A DNA stretch of 62,424 bases, filler included, from Vermamoeba vermiformis (GCA_045837725.1; 6 parts of 6 records of this genome joined end to end with filler, not necessarily neighbours in it); one strand, 5' to 3'; counted from the whole stretch's first letter, positions 37,263 to 52,471 are shown. Program-made: numbers and translations. Notes: generated by a model from the sequence alone, not told the origin.

Positions 37263-40200
37263 ATGCAAAAATTAATATTGTTTGTTATCTCCATAGTAAT
37301 ACTTCAAGTCACGTTTGTTAACGGTACGGTTGCAGAAATCAAGACTATTAAATTCAATTTACTCAAAAAAAACCTCTATTTATTGCATTCATTTAATTAA
37401 GTAATTGCGAAAACGTACACATTTCCACGCGATAAATTTAATCGGTACTAAAATTAGCATTTTATTTTCCATTACATTTTCTAATCTCTCTTTCAGCCGC
37501 CAATCTCACTTTTCTTATTTAGCGGCCAATAACATATGGACATACACATCAGGAACAAAATTAATTGATGCCGATCCGAACTACTTTCGAAAACTCGAAA
37601 CGCGAGTGCTCCTTGATCCAGTCGCAACACCAACGACTTACATTATCTGCATTGCAACAATCTCATCTCAACAAAATCTCATTCACGTAGAACAAAGAAA
37701 ATTCGTCGTTGGTCAGACAGGAGCAGAAGGACCAGAACTCGTCCCTTTCGATCCGCCGTTCAACATATCAAATAGCTATCGAGATGTCGACATTGTGGAT
37801 GGCGCAGATGAGTGCGTATTTGCCGCGCTATCTCAGGATCAGGTAAGCGATACTATCTTAATAAACTCGTTAACTTGTCGGTACTGATAAAATATGAACA
37901 ACAGTATCTTACAATTGGTACACAACCTCCACGAACGCACTATTATGATAGAATTGAAGTCGTAATGAGCAACGGAACGTTTTACACGGTCAGTGCCAAC
38001 CAGGTAACAATGAGTTGTTATACGATACTATTCTACTGTAGTTCTAATGACCCCACCGCAATAGAACTCTTTACTACCTCCAGCGCCGTTTTGGGTTGGC
38101 TTTTTGTATCCCAGCCAGTACTCGTTTGAAACGATGGTTGAAAGTAAGTAGGACTTAAAACACCGCAACGAATTTTACCACTTGGTTCCAACCGATGATC
38201 GGCCTAGCAGTAGTTAATTTGCATTTTTAGAATCTAATGGCCAATTCTGGATCGCATCATCGAGCTCGCCAACAGAAAACGCCGGAATGTCAATACTCAG
38301 CACGGATAAAACAGACACCGAGACCTTGTCTTCGTTCAATAATTGCACCTTTCCGACATTAGCCGCGTTCAATGATTCGTTGTTGCTACTGTGTGCCGAA
38401 CATCCTGTTGGTGTAAGTTTTTTTAGCCAACAACCTCTTTCAGCGGCTTGTCAATTGAATCTCATTACTTCAAACTTCAAGTACTAATTTATAATGCGTT
38501 AGGTTCCTTGTGCTGTTTTTCCATCAACCGATATCAAAGGTCAATTAATCATCCCGAACTCCGCGACGTTGACATACACCAAGCCGAAAATATCAAAAGT
38601 CAACGATACGTCCAATCTAATGTTTTTGAGTGCACTTCTGAACGACACAACTCAACCTGCACAAAACGGCCTGCAAATAGAAATTGATATTGTGAACTCA
38701 AACAGACAAAGAATTCTCCAAAGACGATTCACACGCGACTCTCCGTACCTCATGGATGCAGTGTCTATCGACAACTACTTGTTCTTGACTTACACAGACT
38801 CGACTGGACTGAAGATGGATGTCATGTATTGGGGTGTAAGTTGCTTGTCTTGCAATCGTCGATCAAACGTTAACATATTGTGATAGGAATCCGCGCCTCC
38901 TTTTCCAACGCCGATCTCACCTCCTATACCGGAGCCCATCTCTACACCTGAATCGGCGCCGTTAGCAACTCCCGTCTATGTACCTGTCAATAACGTCTCA
39001 CCCATGAACACACCAAAAAGTGATCAGAGCATCGACGGAGCGCCACAAGGAGGACTGCCAGGTTCAACTATTGGCGCAATTGTCGGATCAATCGTTGGAG
39101 CAGCACTTGCAGCAGGAGCAATCGTGCTTGCAGTGCTGTTGACTCGTCGAAATCGTCAGAGAAAAGCAGCGAAACAAAGCGAAGAGATGTCTTCAAAAGA
39201 ACAAGACTCAACGAGTGGTCACGACAGTCCAAGCGAATCTTCCTCCAGCAGTAGAAGCAGCACTAGCTTGTCCTCTTCTTCGTCCTCATTATCCAGTGAA
39301 CACAATTCCGGAAATCAATCAAACAATGAGCCAACTCTTATCAATACTGCAGGATACACGGACGAGAATTGGCCTTATCAACCTATATCAAACGTTGCCA
39401 GAACAGCGAATGTACCAGCAGCGGAGATTGAAAAGCGAATGAGAATTCCGTTCAAAAGTCTCAAATTTGCTTTTGAGCTCGGTTCAGGAAACTTCGGCAA
39501 AGTATTCAAAGGGTACGTAGAGTAGTCAAGTGAACAATGAATTGCCCTAACATCGTTTTTCCAGCGAGTGGTACGGCGCTGAAGTTGCAATCAAAGTCAG
39601 CAACCAAGTCACGAACACTGAAGAGTTCCTTGCTGAAGCGAAGCTCACGCTGTAAGCTATATTTCTTTCTTGAAAACCGCTCTAACATTTCAATCGGCAG
39701 TGGTATCAGTCCGCACCCTAATCTCGTGCAAACGCTTGGCGTGAGTCTTGACGGACCCAATCCGTGCATTGTCCTCGGATTCTGTGGTGGTGGAAGTCTC
39801 GATCGATTGCTCAAAGACAAAAGCACTCCACTCGACAACACTCAAAAGCGAGACTATGCTCTGAAGATTGCATATGGACTGTTGCATCTTCATCAAAACA
39901 ACATTGTGCATCGTGACTTGGCAGCACGCAACATCTTGTTGGCGAATGATGGCACTCCCAAGATCTCTGACTTTGGCATGTCACGTGTCATCACGAGTGC
40001 ATCGTCGGTCGGAAAAACCAAGCAAACGATCGGTCCGTTGCGATGGATGGTACGTACTTCTGGCAGTTCTCGCTGACCACAATAGACTAATCTGTTTCTC
40101 AGGCGCCCGAGAACATAAAAAACCAAACTTACAGTCCCAAATCAGATGTGTGGAGCTACGGAATATTAGGTACGCCGTTCATTTTTCTCGTGCTTATCGA

Positions 40201-40499
40201 AAGGACGAAAGACTAACAATAGTCAGTGTGGGAGATTGTTGCTCGTCGAGAACCACATCTCGATGCAGATCAACTGCTCGTTGGTGCACGTATTCGTGAT
40301 GAAGGATATCATCCATCAATTCCCAATGAGTGCGAGCCAGTGCTGAAACGAGTGATGGAGCTGTGTTGGCAGAAAGACCCAAAGGATAGACCTGTAAGTA
40401 CTATCATAAGTATATTTAAGCAAATTGACGAGAGATTAACTGTTATTGCAGACTATGGAGGAAATCGTTGATGTACTGAGACCAAATCCGACCTCGTAA
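37263..40499 (+). CDS. Receptor tyrosine-kinase-type gene RK2
   Basis: Same exon architecture and kinase motifs as RK1. Confidence 0.9.
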
Positions 40500-40743
40500 T
40501 GAGTGACTGGATACTATGGTCTTGATCCACTCTCGGTGCACGATAAGTATGATTTTTGTACATTCAGCAGGCATCCACAATGGAATTTGACTAATATTAT
40601 ACCTGTTGTATATCTTCAATAGGAAATAAATTCCTCTGTTTCCAAATATGGTAAATCTTGTTTTTGGCGCGTTAAACTTTCTATTTGATTTGACAAACTA
40701 AATCAACGCATTAACTGACTACCAATAATGGCATGGTAACATA

Positions 40744-43700
40744 ATGGTAAAATTTATCACGTTGGCAGCCTCGGCAGTGATATTGCTATTTGCCCTCGTA
40801 AACGGTACGTTCGATCCGTGACAGGATCTCCTAATTCCTATTTTTATTATGACTATCTTAGCAATATTAATAATGACGTTTCATTATCAATAAGTGTGCA
40901 ACGCATGCAACAGTTAATAATTTTTTCCAAATTTAATAAAAAAAAGATTTTTTAAAATCTCACTTTTCTTATTTAGCGGCCAATAACATATGGACATACA
41001 CATCAGGAACAAGATTAATTGATGCCGATCCGAACTATTTTCGAAAACTTGACACAAGAGTGCTCCTCGATCCGCTCGCAACACCAACGACTTACATTAT
41101 CTGCATCGCAACAATCTCATCACAACAAAATCTCATACACGTAGAACAAAGAAAGTTCGTTGTTGGTCAAACAGGAGCAGAAGGACCAGAACTCGTTCCG
41201 TTCGATCCGCCGTTCAACATTTCTAAAGACTACCGAGACCTGGATATAATTGATGGAGCTGATCAATGCCTTTTAGCAGTATTGTCGCAAGATCAGGTAC
41301 GTCTATTACTATTTTTAACCCGATCTGAGACCCTCCGTCGTTTATACGAATTTAAATTCATCTCTTTATTTAATAATAGTATCTTACCATTGCGTCTCAA
41401 CCGCCTGAACGTAATTATTGGGAGCGAATCAAAGTTGTATCACAAAACGGAACGTTTTACTTGGCTCTTGCCGATTCATCTATTGTAAGCAAAATTCTAT
41501 CGCTACATTCTGCTCCAAGATATCAAATTTTCTTATAATTTAACCAATAGCAATCTATGTTCGCTGTTTTTTTGGGATATACGGTGCCCAGCTATTACTC
41601 GTTTGAGACAACGGTAGAAAGTAAGCCAACCGTTCACTGAAGGCCCGAAAGAATTTATCGTAATGCACACTTAATTCGTTGTAGAGAGTGGACGATTCTG
41701 GATCGCATCATCGAACTCGCCAACAGAAAACCAAGGAATGTCCTTGCTTGGCAGTGACCACACTGACATCTTGACACTCACCGACTTTCGTAATTGCACC
41801 TTTCCGACATTAGCTGCGTTCAATGAATCGTGGTTGATACTGTGTGCCGAACATCCTCTTGGTGTAAGTTTTTTCTTCGTTAGGCTTCAGCGACTGGCTA
41901 ATTGAATCAATGCTTCTGACTATCAAATAATAACAAAGAAAATGTTAGGTTCCCTGTGCGTTTCATCCGTCATTTGACGTCAAAGGAAAGCTCGTCATCA
42001 CGAACTCGGCGACGCTGACATACACCAAGCCGAGAATATCAAAAGTCAACGATACGTCCAATCTAATGTTCCTGAGTGCACTTCTGAATGACACAACTCA
42101 ACCTGCGCAAAACGGCCTTCAGATCGAAGTTGACATCGTGGACGCACTGGGCCAGAGAATTCTCCAAAGACGATTCACACGCGACTCTCCGTACCTCATG
42201 GACTCCGTGTCCATCGACAACTACTTGTTCTTGACTTACGCAGACTCAACTGGACTGAAGATGGATGTCATGTATTGGGGTGTAAGTTGCTTGTCTTGCT
42301 GATCTCCATGACAAATGTTAAATTTTGCTGATAGGACGCCGTACCTCCTTTCCCGACACCAATATCACCTCCAATAGCTGAACCGATCGCCACACCTGAA
42401 TCCGTGCCAATGTCTAGTCCCGCGTCAGCACCTGTCACCCAAACTGATGTCACGCCTTTTCAACAGCCAACGACTGATCAAAACATCGACGGAGCGCCAC
42501 AAGGAGGACTGCCAGGTTCATCTATTGGCGCAATTGTCGGATCAATCGTCGGAGCAGCACTTGCAGCAGGAGCGATCGTGCTTGCAGTGCTATTGACTCG
42601 TCGCAATCGCCAGAGAAAAGCAGCGAAACAAAATGAAGCAGAAATGTCATCAAAAGAGCAAGACTCGACAAGTAGTCATGATAGCGAAGAGATGTCGTCT
42701 AAACAGCAGGACTCAACGAGTAGTCAAGACAGTCCGAGCTCGTCATCAAGTGTCACGCCGTATGACGCGGTTATAATGCCAAACAGCCATTTGGCGCAAG
42801 AAGTGACTCAAAACCCAGTTAGATCAAGATACACGACCAACCCTCCAAGTCACAATTCCGAGAATCTGTTAATCCCTCAACCAACTTCTAATGTTCACAA
42901 AGAAACTGCGCTACCAGCAGCGGAGATTGAAAAGCGAATGAAAATTCCGTTCAAAAGTCTCGTGTTCAATTTTGAGCTCGGTTCAGGAAACTTCGGCAAA
43001 GTATTCAAAGGGTACGTGGTTGATCAAGCAATGAGTTACGAAATCTAATATCATTTTTTCAGTGAATGGTATGGGGCTGAAGTTGCAATCAAAGTCAGCA
43101 ACCAAGTCACGAACACTGAAGAGTTCCTTGCTGAAGCGAAGCTCACGCTGTAAGCTATCTCACGTACTTAAAAACCTATCTAATATTTCAATCGGCAGTG
43201 GTATCAGTCCACACCCTAATCTCGTGCAAACGCTCGGAGTGAGTCTTGATGGACCCAATCCGTGCATTGTCCTTGGATTCTGTGGCGGTGGAAGTCTCGA
43301 TCGATTGCTCAAAGACAAAAGCACTCCACTCGACAACACTCAGAAGCGAGACTACGCACTGAAGATTGCATATGGACTGTTGCATCTTCATCAAAACAAC
43401 ATTGTTCATCGTGACTTGGCAGCACGCAACATCTTGTTGGCGAATGATGGCACACCCAAGATCTCTGACTTTGGCATGTCACGTGTCATCACGAGCGCTT
43501 CATCGGTCGGAAGAACTAAACAGACGATTGGCCCATTGCGGTGGATGGTACGTACCTTTAATAGTTCCCAGTAGTCTTACTGCTAGTGATTTCGGCGCTT
43601 GAACGTTTGGCCGAAACGGGGATATCTTTTGCAAAAAGGCCCTTAGAGGCTTCCTTCTCGAGAAGCTCCAAGCGGGCGCTAATTTTGGAGTTGATCTCTT

Positions 43701-44277
43701 TTAACTTTTCGTTTTCTAATTTCATCTGAGAGAGTTCTGCGTTATCTGAACCCATTTTATGAGCGGATATAACTTGGCGGAGGGACTGGATTTTTTCAAT
43801 AACGTGTTCATGCTTGTTATGCATGTCTTGGACGCTAGCTTTCTTAATACCGAACATTTATAAATTACCCATAAATTTACTAGTAAATTAATCAGGCACC
43901 CGAGAACATAAAAAACCAAATGTACAGCGTGAAGTCAGATGTGTGGAGCTACGGAATATTAGGTACGATAATGATGTTCTCTAAACGAAATACTAACAAT
44001 AGTGGTTAGTGTGGGAGATTGTTGCTCGTCGAGAACCACATCTCGATGCAGATCAATTGCTCGTTGGTGCACGTATTCGTGATGAAGGATATCATCCATC
44101 AATTCCCAATGAGTGCGAGCCAGTGCTGAAACGAGTGATGGAAATGTGTTGGCAGAAAGAGCCAAAGGATAGACCTGTAAGTAGTCGTATGAAGCTATTG
44201 ATTTTAAGTGGCATTATTAATGCTTATTGCAGACGATGGAAGAAATTGTTGACGTACTGAGATCAAACCAAAAGTAG
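40744..44277 (+). CDS. Receptor tyrosine-kinase-type gene RK3 (enlarged intron 43548-43895)
   Basis: Same architecture; closest to RK2 in the ectodomain. Confidence 0.9.
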
Positions 44278-44447
44278 CACAAACCGTCAAAATGTCGTTT
44301 GTGATCAATTTACTATTTTTGGATCCACGATCACGACGAAAATGCTTGCAACAACTAAAGCGGCATTTTATTGTATTATTAGTAACAAGGTACGCCATAA
44401 CCATAACCTGCGTCAGTGACAGTTTGACATGTTTTGAGTTGTGTGCA

Positions 44448-47400
44448 ATGAAGCCTGCGGTTAACTTAGTATTAATCGTAATTTTGTATTTTAGTCTGGA
44501 TTATATCAACGGTATGTAATTTATTGTAACTATTCATAGATGGCTAAATTTACGCCTATAAACTAAAGAAAGATCCGATCTGCTATTGAATATTTTTAAT
44601 TATTTATTTAATAGCATCGTTAATTATAATCTTTATTTTAGGTGCGAAATTATTTATTTATTCTTCTGACACCGCGATCCAAAATGTATCAACGAACTAC
44701 GTTGAGAAAATTGAAACTTACGTCTACCTCGATCCAAACGCAAATTCAACAACTTACATCATATGCATTGCAACTCTATCTACCCCAGCTCAAGCAGGAC
44801 GCGTTTACATTGAAAAAAGAAAGTTTGTTGTTGGCGAAACTGGATAGAGTGGACCAGAACGCATTGCAGTTGCCAATCAGTTCGAAAGCACTAAACAATA
44901 CAAGGATATTGATATTATCAATGGTCCAAACGATTGCATCTTTTCTGCCCTTTCAACGGACAATGTAAGCCGCATCCGGATTCGATCTGACGGCCTCAAA
45001 CTAATTGTATTGATGTGTTTTAAGGCACTATACATAGGCACGGGAGATACGCCTTTTAACTATTTAGTGTTGCCTCGGGATCGATTTGAGCTGACTGGCG
45101 ATGGTCAAGCCTACTTGCTTTGGGCACAAGACGTACGAATAGCTTAATTATTATTATTCGCGGAATTTATCTAATTTAATTTCTTTGCAGAGCTATGGCA
45201 CCTATCCGCCACCAGAATTGTTTTCTTATCAATTCTCGTCGTCCCATTCTTTGGATGCGATTGCTTTACGTAAGAACCGTTATCATCGCATTGCCTTAAT
45301 TCTTACCTTAATTTTTAACAGCGAATGGAAGCTATATAGGCGTAGCTGCGCCAACTCCGACTGGATCTCCGGTTTCGCTTCAGTTATTCGGCAACGGCAC
45401 CGACACTGGAATTCTTTATCAAGTCTCGGCAATTTATCCATCTATTGCGGCATTCGCTGATAGCACTCTTTGGGTTTGTGGCGAGGATCAAACAGTCGGG
45501 GTAAATAAGAACTTCATTTATTTTCTGGTTGGATTCGCATCCACTGATCCGGTTTATTAATAGATTGTGTGCGGATTTCATCCCCAGGGCTCTTCACTGG
45601 ACGATTCCTTTACTATACGACCAAACACTGCCTCGCTCACATTCCACAAGCCAATCATATCACTGGTGAACTCGACGACTTCAACATTATGCATGGGCTC
45701 GATAATAACCAACGGTACCGCTAGTCAATACGAAATTGCAGCCGTAGATATAACCAAAGTGCTGCAAACTTATGTGAGACGCGATGACGCCTATCAACTA
45801 CACTCGGTGGCTATGAACGGTTATATTTTTGTAACCTACACCACTTTAAATGCCAGCCAGATAGACGTCTATTATTTTGGCGTAAGTGGCTGCCTTTAAG
45901 CGTATGCTAGGTCTGTTGCTTAATTTAATGTTTAGGACCAAGCGCCGATCTTGCCAGTTATGACACCTGTCAATCCAGTGACACCTGTCACTACACCTGT
46001 CGAGCCATCGGCCAATAAGACCGCAGGTGCAGAGCCCGTGATACAGCCGTTAAGTTCGACTCAAAGTCCACAAGACTATGCTGCAGTTACCGGCCCCAAT
46101 GATCTGACTCCGGGGCAACTTGGCGCTGCTATTGGAGTGCCCTTAGGCGTCGCTGTTCTCGGCGCTGGATTGCTCGTGTTGCTGCTGATGCTGCGAAGAC
46201 GAAAAAAGGCTAAAAAAGGCAATCACGAGCCCGGGAACGATACTTCAATGGGCAACAACTCGATACTAATGACATCAGTCTCTGAGGCTGACAAGTACTC
46301 GCCCATGCCGGACAATAACACCACGAACAAAGACGACGCTACTACGCGGTACATTGCACTAGAGTCGCTAGACATTGAACGCAGAATGCAAGTGCCGTAC
46401 AAAAGTCTCCTGTTCTTGCGTGAAATTGGCGCTGGAAGTTACGGCAAAGTGTTTCAAGGGTAAAAATATTATTTTATTACAATAAGAATTAATACTAAGC
46501 TGCTATGTTTAGCGAATGGCATGGTGCGCAAGTCGCTATTAAAGTCAGCAACTTTATGACAACAATGGATGAATTTTTAACTGAGGCCAGATTAGCGCTG
46601 TAAGTCTTGCGTAAAATTGATTGTTCGTGAAATCTAATGGTAATTACAGAGCGATTGCACCACATCCTAATCTCGTGCAAACATTCGGCGTGAGTCTTGA
46701 CGGACCCAATCCGTGCATTGTGCTCGAGTTCTGTGGTGGTGGCAGTCTCGACAAACTGCTCGAGAACAGTCCTAACAAGCTAGACAATACAACTAAGCGA
46801 CAAATAGCGATGAAGATTGCATATGGACTGCTGCATCTTCATCAAAACAACATTGTGCATCGTGACTTGGCAGCACGCAATATCTTGTTGGCGAATGATG
46901 GCACACCCAAGATCTCTGATTTTGGCATGTCACGTGTCATCAAAGACAACTCAGCGTCAGGCAAAACGAAGGCTACAGTTATTCCGCTTCGGTGGATGGT
47001 ATTTGCTGACTAGCTTGCCATTTTTTTCTCGATTAACATGTTTGTTTCATGCCAGGCACCGGAAAACTTGCGTGATCGTTCGTACAGTATCAAATCAGAC
47101 GTTTGGAGCTACGGCATATTAGGTATATACGATAATAAGAACTTTACAGGGCTATTTTTAGCATGTCCCGTACTACGGGCTGATTTCATTTTAATATCGC
47201 AATACTAATACAAATAGACCCGATAATATTCCCTTCAAACTTAACGCATCATATTTATGTTTATCGAGCATCCAAAGATGATACTAAATTAGTCTTATAG
47301 TATGGGAAATCGTTACAGGACGAGAGCCGCATGACGACGAGGACCAACTCATGATAGGAGCACGCATTCGTGACGAAGGATATCATCCATCCATTCCCAA

Positions 47401-47668
47401 CGAGTGCGATCCGGCCCTGCAGCGAGCGATGGAGATGTGTTGGCAGAAAGATCCGAAAAATAGACCTGTAAGTTTTGTTTGGCTTGATTCTAGAATCGAA
47501 ATTATTGCAATACATTAGTACAATCGTTATGCTGCTGATATAATACAATTCAGTCGTCGCATTTCTGATCGCATCCTGAACTTTTTCAAGACAGACCTGT
47601 ACTAACACTTAAATTTTCAGACGATGGAAGAAATAACTCGCTTTCTTCGATCATTTAAACAAGACTAA
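44448..47668 (+). CDS. Receptor tyrosine-kinase-type gene RK4
   Basis: Signal exon at 44448, diverged ectodomain, TM AAIGVPLGVAVLGAGLLVLLLML, IGAGSYGKV, HRDLAARN. Confidence 0.88.
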
Positions 47669-48090
47669 GCTGAAGACCGTTGTTCCGAGCTCAGATGCTT
47701 ACCAGCTTCTGTATTAGTTTTAATTTCTTTAAATTGAGGCAATGCTTCTGATGCATTGTGCTCATTATTGTAAGTATTCGGACTCGTACACATGCTAGTC
47801 AACTCTTAAAAAGACTAAATATCTGGCTAGAACACATGACGCGTAAACGGAATCACTCAAAGACCACGAAAATTTATCTCAATACACTCTATGACGGTCG
47901 CTAAAACAGTATTGTAAGTAATGACATGCATTAAATACATATGTTACTATGTAGCCTTCAGCACGGCTGACGAACGGCTTTGGGTGAGGATCCATGCAAC
48001 CATAAATTTCCATAAAAGGCAAACGTTAAATCGTTGGGTTTTTTTGTTTAGTCATCCTGACCATACTTCACAATAGCAACAACACCACAA

Positions 48091-51000
48091 ATGAGGATCA
48101 CGTTCTTGGTGTTTTTTATAGCCTCGGTTTGGATCGGGTCGATAACCGGTAAACTATTAATAGTTTAGTCTTTGATTAATGGATTATTCAATCACACATT
48201 ATGATTATTATTATTTAATTAATAACATTCTCTGATCCTTTTGAAAAATTGAATCGGCCGTTAAATTTTTTCGTACCAGTAACGGATGGAATTAAATTTA
48301 TTTTTATATGGAATAATTAATAATTACGCGACTCTAACGAATGAAATGTACGAAAAGGCTAATTGTTGTATAAACTGTCAGCGGCTAGCTTGTGGACTTT
48401 TCTTCCCGACATCTCCATCTACAGCACATCTGTTACTGATTACTACGCCAAGATAGAAACGTATTCATATAACGATACTCAAGCTGCAACACCGACCTTT
48501 TATGTTTGCATATTGACTCTAACGACTCAAGCGCAAGGAGGCTCAGTCTTCACCCAAAAACGCAGATACGTTGTTGGCGAAACAGGAACCAATGGTCCTG
48601 ATATTATACCACTCCCTTATCAATTCGACAATAGTAAAATATACAAAGACATCGATTTAGTTTCAGGCCCGGCCGATTGTCTTTTTGCCGTGCTTTCAAC
48701 GGACAACGTACGTATTGCAAACTGAATCAAAATTAGACTAAATATTTTTAAATATATATGGCATAATATTAATGCAATATTTATAGGTGGTTTATATTGG
48801 TAATGGCGAATCCGCGTACTCTCCCGTGACTCTGAGCAACAATCGCGACCAAATTGAGCTCGTAAATGATGGAGCAGTCGACTCTTATTTTTTCACTATG
48901 AACGTAAGTATTATAGTTATTAAGACAAGCTCGTATTAATGCTAGAAACAGAGTTTTTGGTACCTTCCTCCGCAGAAATTTGGATCCCCGAACCTTTTTA
49001 GTTTCGGCGACTCACAAGACGCTATTCTTTTAGGTGGGTACTATTTATAAATATTTAGACTTGCTTTAAATTTTAACAAGCTATAAAAACTAAAACAAAT
49101 TTAATTAATCCTGATTGAATCCAGCGAACGGAGACATCGCGGCTGTTGGCGCGGCCAGTGGCTCCTCTACGCTATCGGTACGCACTGCTAGCGGTGCTGA
49201 TACGGCTATGCTCAATCAAGCAGGCTACGGCGGCAACAAACCTTCGTTAGTTGGATGGAGCGACAGTACATTCATGGCTTGTGCTCAAAACGTTAATAAA
49301 GGCGTAAGTAACGCATACTATATTACGCATATATATATATGTATATATATATAGGAGATTACTGGCCGTCTAATAACTTATGTTAAAATAATTCAGATCG
49401 TCTGCGGATCGTACCCCTCCGGTCCCGACAGCGTGGTAGCACGTGCTGCAACTGCCACCCAATCAGTGACCTACCCTATTCTCTCCTTAATGGACAAGAA
49501 TAGCGACTTGGCGAGCATGGCCTGTCTCATGTACGACAATAGCTTCGCGCAGTCTTACTACGAAGTGAGCGTGGTGAACAAGAACAGTGTGATTCAGCTC
49601 AGTGTGAGCAAGGGCGGTGTGTATCTCGTCAGTCAAACGGCGCAAGCGAATTACATCTTTGCCGTGTACTATAAATCCACGGGACTGTACATGGATGTGA
49701 TCTACTACGGAGTAAGTTTCTCATTCAAGAACTCATTCATATCATTTCTTAAATAATACATATTGTTAATATCGATCTTCGTTCACTTTTAAGCGAGCGG
49801 TAGATTTGTAGTCTTTAATTTTGGATCACCTCTTTTTCGAAATTTCGTACTCATTTTTTTATTTGTTGAACATAGGACTCTCAGCCACCACTTCCACCTC
49901 CAGTAGCTGTACCAGTAACTCCGCCAGTCACTGCACCCGTCGCTGCCCCGATCACACCTCCAACCACATCCCCGATCATCGACACACCACTAACAGCTCC
50001 TCAAGCTGATGTGCCAGCTGCCACCACTCCGACTCAAAATACGCCATCTACGGTCGATGTGCCCGTTGCAGGACCTATTGCTAGCAATGGAACTCTGGGT
50101 CCAGCCAGTGCTGTTGGTGCGGATGTGCTCGGTCCAGCGATTGCCATCCCTGGTGCCGCGGTAGTAGGTACGGGCCTGTTCTTGTTGTTGTTCTTCTTGA
50201 AGAAGAAAAAGAAGGAGAAGGACGAAAAAGACGAAGAACAATCAAGCGATGACGGTACAGCCACGCCTAGGACTGTTATTAACGGCAGCAATCAAAGATT
50301 TTCCGTGGATCCGTCAAATTACGGAAATATTCCTGGAAGAGCGAGCGTTACCGGCTACGGAGCTATACCCGATGGTGGTGCACCTACTGGTCCTGACACG
50401 TTCCAAGGCATCAATCCTACCGCTATCAAGCCCTCGGAAGTTGACAAGCGGATGCAGATCCCGTACAAAAGTTTGTTTTTTGCCCGCGAAATTGGCGCTG
50501 GAAGTTACGGCAAAGTGTTCCAAGGGTAAGTTCAAGGACATTAATTTTTATTACTATAAAAGGAAACAAGTTACTAACACCGTGTTTCAGTGAATGGCGT
50601 GGCGCACAAGTCGCTATTAAAGTCAACAATCAAATCTCTGACACTGACGGATTTTTGGCCGAGGCGAAATTGACGCTGTAAGGACCCAGAAAATTTGATT
50701 TTTTCAGCTCAAATTCGATTATATGTCCTATTTATGGATCATATCGCTAAAAAAAAAATAAGTCATTTAAGATTTGCAAAAGACTTTTTGGTTCACTGAA
50801 TGGTTCGTTCATGAAAACTAATGACATTTACAGTGGCATTGCACCACACCCTAATCTCGTGCAAACATTCGGTGTGAGTCTTGATGGACCCAATCCGTGC
50901 ATTGTGCTCGAGTTCTGTGGCGGTGGCAGTCTCGACGGTGTCATGTACGACAAGGATCTGGTCGTGACCAACGAAAAGAAGCGAGACTATGCACTGAAGA

Positions 51001-51645
51001 TTGCATATGGACTGATTCACTTGCACAACAACAACATTGTGCATCGTGACTTGGCAGCACGCAACATCTTGTTGGCGAATGATGGCACTCCCAAGATCTC
51101 TGACTTTGGCATGTCACGTGTCATTCAAGACGAGGGCTCGAAAGGAAAAACTAAAGCAACGATTGGTCCGTTGCGATGGATGGTACGTACTGACACGAAT
51201 ATTGCCATAAAAGGAAATATTAACGAGACATTTCATTAGGCTCCTGAATCTTTGCAAGATCGAGATTACAGCGTAAAATCGGACGTGTGGAGTTACGGCA
51301 TTTTAGGTACGCAATCTTTGCAACTATTTTTTTTCACTGAACCTCTTGTTGTTGACACGTGTTATTTTTCACGAACAGTTTGGGAAATTGTTGCGCGAAG
51401 GGAGCCGCACGAAGATGAAGATCAGTTGATGATTGGCGCCAAAATTAGAGACTTGGCCTATGCTCCACAAATACCCGCGGACTGCGATCCGACGCTGAAA
51501 CAAGTGATGGAAATGTGCTGGAAGAAGGACCCTAATGAACGACCCGTAAGTATAATAAGGGCATAATAATTCATAGGGCATTAAGACTAATTATGGCAAT
51601 ATGCAGACTCTGGACCAAATCATCGATCTGCTCCGATCCGCGTAA
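48091..51645 (+). CDS. Receptor tyrosine-kinase-type gene RK5
   Basis: Signal exon MRITFLVFFIASVW, diverged ectodomain, TM AIAIPGAAVVGTGLFLLLFFL, full kinase motifs. Confidence 0.88.
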
Positions 51646-51920
51646 ACAAAATGCCAGGTGCTTTATTAATATCTCGTATTTTTATTTATTAATATTGTGG
51701 CGAAAATAATGCGATTTCTAAGCAAAACTATCGCCTCTGTAAATAAAAAAATTGTACTTTAAAAACGAGACTGCTTCGACTCACAACCCTATTTAGGTTG
51801 GTATTTTCGTTGATTATGGAACACGCGTTGCTTTTTTTTGAGACGAAGAACAATAAAAACTTTCATGATTAGCACGAGGTTTATCACAACAAGTGGACAA
51901 AAAACTAATGGTTTGTCTAT

Positions 51921-52371
51921 TCAATCTTTTACATTGTACAAATTAAAGTCCCTCCAATTGTGGAAACGAAGTAAATCCCTGCCGCGAAATGATTCATCGT
52001 TCGTGCAATAGCGGTCAGATAACTCTCCGTTCACTTCGACTACTCCTTCGGCTAAGATGTTGAACCAGTGTTTGCAGACGAGATTGATTGACGCAGTGTG
52101 CATTAGTGGTTGGGTGTAAGGTGGGCTGCATACGAAGCTGAAAATAATTTTTACCAATTCTGGCAATAGCGTCGCTGACAACTGATCGATCTCGACACCG
52201 ATCTCGAATTTTTTGAATTTTGGGAACAGAGTAATGACGCACTTCTTATCTTTAGGGTCTTTTCGTTCCAAGATGAAATTTCCTTTGATGTTGATAAAAT
52301 AACAATGGGGGACAATCATATCAACACGATTCCTATCGATCCAGTACCAAAACTGCCCATCTCTGCACAAA
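51921..52371 (-). CDS. 3' part of a protein with an F-box-like motif (5' end lost in gap)
   Basis: LLPELVKIIFSFV...INLVCKHWFNIL; frame open to contig end. Confidence 0.6.
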
Positions 52372-52471
52372 NNNNNNNNNNNNNNNNNNNNNNNNNNNNN
52401 NNNNNNNNNNNNNNNTTAATTAATTAANNNNNNNNNNNNNNNNNNNNNNNNNNNNNNNNNNNNNNNNNNNN
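52372..52471. other. Artificial contig spacer
   Basis: N44-TTAATTAATTAA-N44. Confidence 0.99.

Noticed and set aside
28707-51645. V(D)J-like rearrangement of the receptor kinase array by the nearby RAG1-like gene
   Set aside because: All five receptors are complete genes; I saw no heptamer-12/23-nonamer signals around ectodomain exons and no RAG2-like gene. Same-contig proximity alone is not evidence.
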